64,000 nucleotides of DNA from Phoronis australis. Lineage: Eukaryota > Animalia > Phoronida. The DNA lies in the NCBI GenBank assembly GCA_002633005.1, contig NMRA01000031.1, forward strand, positions 1,380,858-1,444,857. Reading direction: 5' to 3'. Made by a program: the position numbers and the translations under genes. This document shows, in pieces, positions 1-11,047 of the stretch. How positions within the stretch are numbered: the stretch's first letter is position 1; each line of letters opens with the position of its first letter. The notes under the pieces were generated by a model, which saw nothing but the letters and a program-made list of their open reading frames with translations, was not told the origin of the DNA and made no database searches.

Positions 1-1253
1 GAATGGCCGAGTTTCATAACGTGGGCAACATGAATTTTCTGTTTGGGAAAGTAAATCTTGAGTGGACTTACCCGAAGGGCAAGTGAAAGACAATTCTAGT
101 GTCAATCCCTACTCAGATGGATGGATTTCTTCAAATTCAGATTCCCTATTACGGTAAGGGTAACTTATAAAATTGAATGCCTTCCCAAAGGACAACTAGA
201 TGTTCTACTTAATTCGAAGACAAGAGTCGGAAACAACACTACCAAAAATGCCCATGAATGGATCACCTTCAATACTGAATTAACCCCTCCTGTAAGATGT
301 TTTTCATCCAAACCATGTGAAAAGATGACTTTTCATAGAAGCTCCCAGAAAATGGGTGCCATTTTTACGTCTGCTATCTAGAAGGGTGGGAATCCTACTT
401 GTCCAGCTGCTCTTGCCCATCAAAAACAAACTTAATTCTCTGTCGCACTACAACAGCTCCTACCTGCGTCAGAAAAATACTTACAGAACTGTTAAAAACT
501 CCGTTTAAACATAAATTTACTGCCAATTTCTTCAGGAAAAGGAATAAAACTTTTAGTTAAACAGAACACAAAAACAATTAATAAAAATGACTACCAATTC
601 TAAAATTAGCCTTAAAAGCAATATCAGTGATAAGGCCTAGACATGAGATAACACCATCAAGTCCTGTAGAGACTGTAAGGTGTTCTACCCTAATGTAAAA
701 GCTCTGGATTGATTTGATGTGTTGCTGACCTAACACTCTTTCACAGTCATAATATAACTTAGGTTTGAAATACGATTAGGGCAATACTGCACAGGTGTCC
801 ATATGAAGACTAACTCGGGACAGTCTATACATGTAACTGAATTTCAATTAATTTAACACATATCAAGTATAACATTTTATCCTGGTAATACCTGTAGGTT
901 GAAAGATAGATAACACCTGCCGCAAATCCCAGACATATGTCTAAAGTGATAAAATGTGGATCCTTACCACAGACATTATCCTAATAGTTATGAGGAACCA
1001 TAACATTATGTGTGACTAGGCAGTGACAAGCAAAATTTAAATTGTGTCTTTTGCTTGTCGCTTTTCTGAAATAAAATATGTTATTCCTGTTTCTAACCAA
1101 CTTTTCAATGCTAATGTTACTACGAAGTATAGTACAAATTTTCATTTTTGAAATTTCTAATTGTAAAACTATTTTGATGAAGATTTGATTTTGTCTCCAG
1201 ATTTCTGACATGATTTTTGACTAAATATTCCCTTGCTTTTTAACTTAAAGCTA

Positions 1254-1623
1254 AAATTCGTTCTGTTCAGCTGCATTAAACAAAAATTGAAATTACAAAC
1301 CGGACGATTGCCGCACAAATAAAAAGTTCATGTTCAATCAAGGTTTCGTCTATTCATCAGACATCATCAGGACCATATTTACAAAGGACAGCAAGTGCCA
1401 ACATACAGCTCAGGTAACATCCATAAAGTGAAGTGAGAGATACAAGGAATATAGTCAGTAGCTGGTCATTGCCATAGGTGCAGGGTGATGACCAGCTACT
1501 GACTATATTCCCTGTATCTCTCACTTCACTTCATTGATGTTACCTGAGGTGTATGTTGACCGATTTTATGAGAGTAAAAGGCACAATTCGATTTTTGTTT
1601 TTAGCCAGCTGAACAGAGTTTTA
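1254..1623. mobile_element. Foldback/MITE-like element with nested inverted repeats
   Basis: Outer IR ctgttcagctg...aaacaaaaat (~1254-1295) vs atttttgttt...cagctgaacag (~1585-1623); inner near-perfect hairpin with ~70-bp arms at ~1399-1471 and ~1486-1558. Confidence 0.65.
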
Positions 1624-3751
1624 AAATTGCAAGTATGAAGAAATAAAAAATAGTAACGTGACTTTTAGATTTATTTTCTCACAAAATTAAAAAAGATTTC
1701 AGTAAGCGTAGTTTTCCTATGGATAATGATTCACAGCATGAAAGCATATTTTCAGAATCTTACAGAAAAACTGCTTTAACAAACGAGGCCAAGATTGGTT
1801 GCAATAAGTAACTGCTATAGTCACTCAAGAAGACACCTATAATAGCTGAAATGGAACAGATCTGAACGTTCCTGAGTAGTTCCTCTGAGCACTTTCATAA
1901 GACCAAAGAGTAGAAAGATTTTGCTTGTATAGAAAACAAAGATACAGAACTGTCATGGCTCTCCATACTATGTCAACTGTATGCATTCTATAATAGTGGT
2001 CTGTTAGTTTTGTATCAAGTAGCCATACACAAACTACATCTAGTTCATTTTGAAGGCATGTTTATTAAGTAAGCCAAAAACACTGATCTCAAGTATCCAT
2101 TTGAACCAATTGGAAAGAGTGGAATTCAAACTAATACGATGTTCATTCAGGCTACTGCACTGGGGGCTTAAATTGAGAACCTTAAAAATCAGGAGGTTAA
2201 GCTGAGCAAATAAACATTTTTTTGAAAAGTTGGAGGTAGGAGTGCGCTAGTACCCAGACGATTGATCGCGTTAGTGCCCAGGAAGTGATCTTGATCACAT
2301 GTGGACTTCATGTGCAAGTGTCATCCATGGACAGCAGACAATGTACTAAGGGGGGGTCTGTCTAGAATGGAGTGATCTTACAGAACAAACTGTTAAATAG
2401 CATTACGCAGCTTTTTATGCAGTGGATCTTCAACTTTTACGATACAAACATTAGTACTGACATGATGCTTACATGAAAACTCTTGCCATTTTTTGCACTA
2501 TTTCACGCCTCTTTCAGTAAAGAGCACTTTGACAGAACGGATCTACTTCCTGCCAAATGAGGCAAGAGACCATTGAAACTGCCTGATTACAACTAACATG
2601 AGCAAGATGTGTATTTTTGGGAAGTAAAATGTCCGATGACAAAGAAGTTCATTAGGACATGGCAATTTTAAGGAAGTTCAAATCTCATAAATTGCAAAAG
2701 CGCAGTATGTCGAGCACGTGTGTCATCCTGGATGAGTTGTACAGTTCTAAACTTTATGTTGACACAAGTGAACAACTAAAACTTAGACTAATTGGTATAG
2801 TACTCAAAGCACAAATCTTGATAAAACGAGTTTAATTATCTGTACAATTATTGGTTTATAATACTGAATATGTTTGAAAATAAAGAATTTTAACAACAAA
2901 TAATTTAAAACTACCACCAAAAGTAGAAATCTTAACATGAAAACGGGAACAATTTCCCATTAGATATTAAAGCTCACCTGAAAACGTTTGAACTAGGTCA
3001 TTTCATCACTACTGATGCTGAAACTGGCATATCCTATTAAAATATGAGGACAAAACGGTCCTGAAATTTCCACATGACATGACAGCAATCACTTTCAACC
3101 ACGGCTATAATGGGTAACTGAAATAACCGAGAACTCCGTCCACAAATCTTTGCAGCACTTGAAGCAGCACTACTCAATGGTAGCATTGACGTGAAATACT
3201 CCTAGATTGGTAAATACACTGCCCAAACTGCAGTTATCTCCCTCCATTTTCGTGTTAAACATACAAACTGTGGATCACATGACCTTGGCATTCAGAAAAC
3301 ATGACTATCAACCACAGATTTCTGAAATGTGGCCAAGTAAACAGCACTTGTAGTTACATAAATATTTAAGAGTACAATTTCAAAGAAAATCAAAAAAGAC
3401 AAAGTTCATTGACAAGCAAATCTGAACTTGTTGTCCTATCTGGTTTGCAATTATATTTTCACTCAAAAATTAGCACTAGCTCTAAGCGATAACTATTGGT
3501 TGGTGCATTACCCACAACAATTACTAACACTCCCCATAAGGCTATGTGCAGTGCTGGTGAACCAACAACCAACGCTGGAATGCTTGAACTTACCTATTCC
3601 CCGCACCTAGATACCGTATGGTATTTTAACAATGAAATTTAAAGGAGTGTAAATCACCAAGCCAAGCCCCTGATAAAATTAAAATGTTACAAAAACGAAC
3701 TGAGTTTACACGCCTGAAAATGTAGAACTCGTGACATCTAACATTAGGCTA

Positions 3752-3915
3752 GACAGTGACCAACGTCTCTAGCTGGACTAGGGACAGTGACCAACATCTC
3801 TAACTGGACTAGGGACAGTGACCAACATCTCTAGCTGGACTAGGGACAGTGAACAACGTCTCTAGCTGGACTAGTTACAGTGACCAACGTCTCTAGCTGG
3901 ACTAGGGACAGTGAA
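3752..3915. repeat. 31-bp minisatellite, ~5 copies
   Basis: Unit gacagtgaccaacgtctctagctggactagg recurs with period 31 from 3752. Confidence 0.95.
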
Positions 3916-4296
3916 GCTGTAAAAGCTTCATACGTCAGAAACTTTTCTGATTAAAAAACCGAAGCCACATTGTTATAAGTATAGTTTGCACATAGGCAGC
4001 CGTCAATGTCTTTAATTCCATTCAACTCAAACAAATACTCTCATAATCAAACTTTTTCTTCAAGCATCTCTTCGTTAAGTTGTCCAATTGGCAAATGGCC
4101 ATTTTTAACCCTGCGCGCGCCAAGAGATATGACGTCATACCACCTGGTGCGCACACTGTTAAAAATGATTAATTGCCGATTTGGGCTACTGAATTAAGGA
4201 GCAATCAAAGAAAAAGTTTGATTACTGGGGTATTTGTTCGAGTTGGAAGGCATTAAAGACATCGAAGACCTCCGGCTAATTTAAGGTGTCCCTGAA

Positions 4297-4443
4297 GTGG
4301 CAAAAGTGGAGTAAACAGGTCCCTTTTGAAAATGGCAGCTTAGAACCAGTTTTCACTGAAAAACTGCCATGTCTCTTGTTCAACGAAATTCGTTCCCAGT
4401 AGTCATTTTCAAGATGGAGCCATTTAGTCCACTTTTACCCCAC
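4297..4443. repeat. Imperfect palindrome (MITE-like)
   Basis: aaaagtggagtaaa...ttttgaaaatg mirrored by cattttcaagatgg...tttagtccactttt. Confidence 0.5.
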
Positions 4444-5059
4444 TAGTCTAAGCGCAAAAGGTACATAGTTATAATACCGACTTTGATTTTGTAATCAGTG
4501 TGTGGCATAATTTGCCGAAAACCTTCCGGCGTATGAAGCGCCTATAAGAGATAGTCCACCTTGAGACGGTGGCATTAGGCAGGAACCACCAGGTCACAGT
4601 CACCTGGTAGCGACTGCTCAACGTCGACAAGGACGGCGAGTTCAGTTACTCAGAGTCAGACTCGGTTCAATTCAAATCCTGAACTACCGCACTCCTAGTG
4701 TGTCATGAACGTAGTCACAAAACAGTGCAGCGGATTGTTTAAAATTCGAAAGCACTGCTTCGTTAAACTGACAATACTCACCTTAATATTTTGAATTGTA
4801 AAAGTAACGATACCTAAAAGTAAACAGGTGAAACAAAGTTACCACCAACGACTTGGTCCGTTTCCACCAGGGCGCGTCAAAGTTCTGATAGGTGCAAGAA
4901 AAATACACATACTACTTAACTAACTGTGTCTGAAAAAAAAATAACCAAAATTCTTTTGAAAATTTAAATGGTCCATTCAAAGGTAAAGTTTTCTGATTCA
5001 GAATTTGATATAAACTTGTGAATGTGCTTCTGAGTTTCGGTTGCTCTTTACAAACCAGC

Positions 5060-5140
5060 TGCAGTGGTACACGGAATTTAACGGAAATCACCGGAAATAC
5101 CCGTGAGAAAGGACGCGAGTATCTCGCTCGTTGGGTAAGA
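5060..5140. promoter_or_regulatory. Candidate bidirectional promoter with ETS-like sites
   Basis: Three tandem CGGAA(A/T)T motifs (acggaatt, acggaaat, ccggaaat) in a locally CpG-richer patch, followed by a plus-strand donor TGG|gtaaga at ~5136; lies between minus-strand and plus-strand exon sets. Confidence 0.35.
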
Positions 5141-7478
5141 CCTTATAATAAAATATGTTGTCTTCTGTTAGTTTAAGTGGCCAGTTGTCGAGAAACTGTG
5201 TATGTAATTTATTACTCTTTAAATCGGTGATAATTTAGTACGAATAACGTAATGAGTCATTCGCCTGAAGCTTGTTAAACAACGGAAAATTTATCTCTGT
5301 CGTCTCGTGTTAGGTATGGAGGACGGAGGGTGACCTCTGACTCTGTCCTCGTGTTGTCGTTGACCTAGTTTTCTAGTTTTGTTATCAGTATTCTGATTAT
5401 TCAACGTTGTTGTCTCGTAAGAAATTGCAACACATAGATTATCAATATATTTTGTGTAAAGCAATCATTTGGAATTCGTAGTAGGGCCTACACCATTTTA
5501 AACACTGAGATTTTACCTTATGTAATTCCTTCGTTGTTTGCCAACACGACTACAGATGTCGCAATTATTAATTGTAATTTATCGGTTGGTGTGCAAAAGC
5601 TTTTGAGCTTTGCTCATCACCTTAATACCAGTTTCATCAGAAACTAATGAACATAGTTACAAGAATGTATATTAGGTAATTGTACTCTAGATGACCTACG
5701 CGCATGTTATTGGTATCGTCCGATTCCTTACATTGTTATCATTCCAAAAATCATGAAATGTCTCCTACGGGTTCCCTCTACTCTACTGGCACTATTTCCC
5801 GGCAGTTGTGCATGAACTTGGAATACACAAGCACATTTGAGAAATTGACTCTAACAATCATGTTGATAAAAATTTGCCCTGCATTAAATCTCATTACATG
5901 TTGATAAAATAATGTAAATTTAATCCAATCATTTTCAGCTAATTTGCGATCTTATTCACCAATAATAATTGATTTAACCATTCACACATTCCTCTTATTC
6001 TTTGACACAAGTTACGCTAAAGGAGAACATGGGTGATGATGAGGTCAATAATTACACGCATACGCGATCTTGAGATCAACCAGGATTCCAAGTTCATGTG
6101 CAACGATGATACTACCATGTTAAATGGTAGAATTCATGTGACTGCCAAAACACTTACTTTCCGACTCCCATATTTTGAGCATCTCTCTCTTCATAAGCTC
6201 AAACTGAGCTAGACCCGTTGACCTTGGGGTCGAGCTATGGTACCAAGCATTTGAATTCCTATGGTGACACATCCGCAAACAAGAAACCGTGAAAAAGGGG
6301 GCGGTTTTCGAGGTCCTAATTCGTGAAATGGGTATCACTTCAGAGAATTTTTGTGGATAAAGGGTCATATGATCATAGTTGAAAGAATTTATGAAAGAAA
6401 GGTTTAATTCTGCCCCTTGTTGCTGCATGTTATCTCGGGAAAGCTTTACAGGGGAATCTTGCAAACATCAGAATCAATGATGCTGTTCGTTTATTAAATA
6501 TAGTTTGGACTCTGGAGTTGAGCAAACATGGCAATGTCAACTGAGAAATAGTGCGAACATAAATTAGATGATAAAATAGTGAGGAAACGCTGTAGGAGAC
6601 ATATTCATCTATTTTTGGAATGAAAATGATAGGCGAAATTGAACGATACCAAAATCTTGTGTGTAGGTCAATCTTGTGATATTGCAAACAATTACTATAT
6701 TTTGAATTGCCATTTGCATTACGTTTTAAAATTTCAAAATCCATTGATTGGCTCTGGAGTTAGACCCTCAAAAAAGGAAGGTCTTTTTTCAGCAAATGAA
6801 GTAATGAACCATCGAAAGTTTAAGACAAATTGGTTGGCATGTTAAAGATACCTGTAATTGAAAAAACTATGGCCCGCTGTTTCTCTAAAACAAGGTGTCA
6901 AACACTTTCCATGTAGCTGAACAACATGAAATAAAAACAACCATTAAATTTCGCATTTTGCAAGTGAGAGAATATTACAAATTTTGAAATTCACTATCTA
7001 CTTTCGGCCTGTAACTAAGTACCTTTGGCCCCAAAACAAAATTTGAAGGTATATAATTATAAATGTGAATGAATGATGTCTTTGAAAATGTCAACATAGC
7101 TATTGCTAACGGTATCTGCCATTTACAACGCACACGGTGTGCACACATTATTAATGCTCCTTGTTGCTCTTGTATTGAGTGGGGTGGGAAGAATATGTAG
7201 AAGCAAGAAACTAGTCGTTATTTTTGTTTTTGTTCTTTTACTTTGAGGAATTTGTAGTCCTGAGTTTTTTCCACTAGACATTTAAACTGACATGTTGTTG
7301 ACTGGCTTGCTGTACGCCATAGTGGCACCTGGCGTGGCCAAGCAAAGCATATTTTTCTACTTTTGTCAGTACAAAGCTGACACGTGAATTTCCTACGAGT
7401 TTCTTGTGTTTTACTTGTCTCCCTTGTTCACTTTAGACAGCCCGTCCTGTCAAACTGCTGCAGTACCATCAACAGCCA

Positions 7479-8636
7479 ATGGCAACAGTGATTGTGACTC
7501 GTGGATTCACCACTAGAGGGCTCCCACTACTGAGACTAGCTGCTTCCGTACGTCAACGTTCTTATATTCCTGAGTTTAACAAGTTTTCTGGTTGGCCAAG
7601 TTTCCTGGTATAGTGTTCATATTCTCATGAAAAGTCAACTATTACGTTCTCATATATGTGATGTAGAAGTCCTACTACTACTAGTAGGTATGTGACAAAT
7701 AGGGTCCTTGTTTGAAAACCCGTTTCCTGAAAGATCTCACCGAGGTAGTATCATACATCAAACACACTATGGTAAAATTTCGTGAAACTGTTTGTGTAAT
7801 ATGTTGTTTGCAATAGGTTGGAGGTACTAAATGGTTGTGATTCCTTGTTTCTAAGTATTCAGTAGCACAAGTATTCAGTAGCACACACCCATGCAAAATA
7901 AGATGGGCCACTTAATGGGAATTGGCATTAAAGTGCTATGGGCAGGTCTTGTGGCACCAACAAGCTGTGTTGGTGTCCGGGCCTTGTGACACCAACGAGC
8001 TGTTGTGGTGTCCGGCCTCTTGACATTAACAAGGTATCTTGGTGTCTGGACCTTGTGGCACCAACAAGCAGTCTTAGTGTGCAGACCTTGTGGCACCAAC
8101 AAGCTGTCTTGGTGTCCAGACCTTGGGGCACCAATGAGCTGTCTTGGTGTCTGGACTTGTGGCACCTAGAAGCTGTCTTGGTGTCTGGACTTGTGGCACC
8201 AACAAGCTGTCTTAGTGTGCAGACCTTGTGGTACCAACAAGCTGTCTTGGTGTCCAGAGCTTGGGGCACCAATGAGCTGTCTTGGTGTCCAGACCTTGTG
8301 GCACCAACAAGCTGTCTTGGTGTCCAGAGCTTGTGGCACCAACAAGCTGTCTTGGTACACTGTGTAACAAGCAGGAGTGTAGCAATCTACTTTTTTACAT
8401 AACGGCATTTTGGGACCCTCAGCTCATGTTCATAACTGCATCAAAGACAACTGACAACATATTTCTGTGCATTCCAGGAGGGATCCTCTGAAGCGTTCAG
8501 CAAACCACAGAACAATACTATCTTTAGATCCGCCCTTCTGATGTCCGTCTTTGGCATCGGCTTCTCCACATTCAGTGCCAGACAGCTAACAGACACATCA
8601 AAGTCGCGGCGAACTCTCTTCTGCAAGAAGGTGTAA
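7479..8636 (+). CDS. Two-exon 75-aa microprotein, Arg-rich N-terminus plus one hydrophobic segment (possibly mitochondrial)
   Basis: Exon 7479-7547 (MATVIVTRGFTTRGLPLLRLAAS|gtacgt; pyrimidine tract and AG at 7435-36) joins in phase 0 to 8478-8636 (ctgac branch site, ttccag|EGSSEAFSKPQNNTIFRSALLMSVFGIGFSTFSARQLTDTSKSRRTLFCKKV*); AATAAA at 9218-9223. Confidence 0.6.
7946..8356. repeat. 35-bp minisatellite, ~11-12 copies, intronic
   Basis: Unit cttgtggcaccaacaagctgtcttggtgtccagac (e.g. 8052, 8087); explains the overlapping ORFs at 7875-8491. Confidence 0.95.
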
Positions 8637-9793
8637 CAGTGCGTGGTTATACGAACCTTCAGAAACGTGAAGCCCATTTCATACAAAAAACTATTTCTCA
8701 TTATTTATTTAAAGGAATCTGCCCGGTACTTGGGTACTCAACTGCTAGATACAATGAACTCTACACATCTAGCATATTATAGTTGATGTTTCGCCATGTG
8801 GCAGCCTGTCATGAGGAATATTGTGTTTAAAGTGTGTTGTGTTCAAGTGGCGATGACACAATTTTATTCTGAAAATTGCACCGGACAGTAAAGTGGGGTG
8901 GATTTTGTGCATACAATTGCATGAACTAAGTATGTGTACAGGCTACCTTGCTAAATGCGTCATCTTTCCGGTCCTGAATACATGCCCACACTTGCGTATA
9001 AGTCATCAATCCAATAATTCATCATTTTTTTGTCGTGTTCTTGAAGGTGACGAGTTGAGCAGGGTAGAGTGTACGCTTGAAACTATGGTCGTGATGCGGC
9101 CTGGGAAGGGTGTAGAGGAGTCAAAAGGCCCAATTTCATGTAGGCTGTGACATCTGTTGAATAATACTAACACTTACTGTTCTGCTAGTGTACACTGTTA
9201 TTTATATTCTGTATATTAATAAAACCAACTCGTAAAAATTGTAAAAGACCCATGAATCTGGATGTTAATTTATTGTAGTGCGTTTTCCTACATACTACGT
9301 ACTTGTTCATTTAGTCGTAGTTGTCACTCATCATTTTGAAGTAATGTGACAAAATGTTGTATGACTTAGCTTTGTCACTAATGGTGTCAACGAATTAATG
9401 GTTGGAACGTGTCCTTGATAGTCACAAACATCTCCCCTTGGTGATCTTGCACCCTTGATATAAGTTAAAGTAATTCAGTGGACCTGTTTTTTAAGTCGAG
9501 AGTTGATGGACTTAAATTTAAGAACCGATATTATTGGTTAAAAACCATTAGCAGTGGTCCAAAGCACAGCTGAACATGCCCAGGGGCTAATCTCTGGTTA
9601 AATCAAATATGGCTGTAGTCCAGCGAGAACCATAAGTGGTCTGTTATGTGGCTTGAACCCACAAAAATGACACTTATGGTTATCTATCTGTTTTCGTTCT
9701 TACTTGTATTGGAGGTATCTGGGAAGAACGGGCATTGAGATGAGGCTAGATAATTTGGCCCGTCTTTGCATGCCAGTTTATGCACCAAAACAT

Positions 9794-10023
9794 GGGACCC
9801 GTTCCAAAAGACTGACTTACGGTAAGTTCATTTTTTTTACTTAAGTTTAAGATTTGTCTCAACTTACAAACTTTTGAAACTTACACATCTGGTGAGACGG
9901 ACAAAATTAAGACAAAACTTAAATCAAAAACTTCAGTTAAATTTCAGATCTCTTCCTTGAAGCAAACTTTAGACAAATTCATGTTTTATTTTCAAAAATG
10001 ACAGTTTTCTTGGAACGGGTCCC
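9794..10023. mobile_element. MITE with 14-bp TIR
   Basis: gggacccgttccaa ... ttggaacgggtccc; AT-rich non-coding interior. Confidence 0.7.
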
Positions 10024-11047
10024 TGGCCTCCAGCAGCTAACTTCCACAGGTCAGAAACCAATCCTCACCTGAGTAAGAAACAAGTTAAGACCAATTACTT
10101 ACAGAAAGTATTCTGAATCAACAACTCAGTTGTTAAAGGTTATCTCCAACCTTATTCACAAAAAATGGCAAGTTATAGGAACTGTCTGATGGTGTAGGTG
10201 GTGCATTGTTTCTTCTCTAGTTTTCGTCTCGTACTTTGAGTTTGCTGTGGAAAAGCAGCTTGCACAGCTTGGTCTCCAGTAACATCAAACTGTAAGTTAT
10301 TTTGAAGCCCTGGCATCACAAATTTAATAACACAAAGCTTCTGCACTAAAATAGGTTTAATTTGGACCATCATGCCCCCGTTTGTCAGAGCAGTAACGAG
10401 CTAAAATTTCACGCAAAATCTCTGACAGCATTGAACTTCTGAGAACTATGGTGTGCATTCCGTAGAGATGAGAAGACTTCAAGAAATATCGCCATGCCTT
10501 CCAAGTGAAGCACGTGATCCCTTAGTGAGATTCCTCTCAATAAGGAGTCCGGTCATTGCAGTGTTTAAAATGAGGGTACTCTGAAGCATGCTTCGTCTCA
10601 TCACACGTATTTAGCATTTGCCATTCAGTCAAGAATTCTGCCTGTGTCTCATTCATCACCCATATTGAGGGTTACAATGGACACAACATTCTAGTAGGTC
10701 TTACTCAAAAAGGGGAAATGATCTAAAACATAGTCACAGTGTTAATGTCCAACAGGCTTCATTGTAACTCCTGCTACAAAATCACCTGACTGTGGTCTTG
10801 CTCGTGAATTGCTATATTGTAAATTGTCAAAAATGAACAACATAGTCCCTGGCTGGTACTTTAATACTTTCACTTCAGAGCTATGCATCACTGTGCATGT
10901 GGTTTCACTGGAACTCGCGTACACTAATTGTGAGCACTGATTGGTTATGAGACTCAAGCGATGAACACCGTGTGATAAGAATCATCCTCTGCCATGTACA
11001 ACCCTCTCGTGGCCGTGTTGTGGTGAAGTGGACCTTGCTTGGACGCA

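Larger units (their letters stand above)
968..4813 (-). ncRNA. Candidate spliced transcript of very short exons (possible non-coding/snoRNA host gene), divergent from the plus-strand gene
   Basis: AG/GT-bounded segments on minus: 4813-4782 (cttttag|...AAG|gtgagt), 3606-3594 (13 nt, |gtaagt), 3033-2978 (ttttaatag|...CAG|gtgagc), 980-968 (13 nt, |gtaagg). Joining the first three gives at most ~27 open codons before a stop. Some acceptors are weak. Confidence 0.3.

Noticed and set aside
3752-3915. CRISPR-like regular repeats (also 7946-8356)
   Set aside because: Head-to-tail units with no unique spacers, no cas genes, eukaryotic context.
6020-6210. Plus-strand open frame RTWVMMRSIITRIRDLEINQDSK...
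   Set aside because: No convincing splice sites or motif; cannot be supported.
7875-8491. Overlapping ORFs of 69-154 aa on both strands
   Set aside because: Products of the 35-bp intronic minisatellite.
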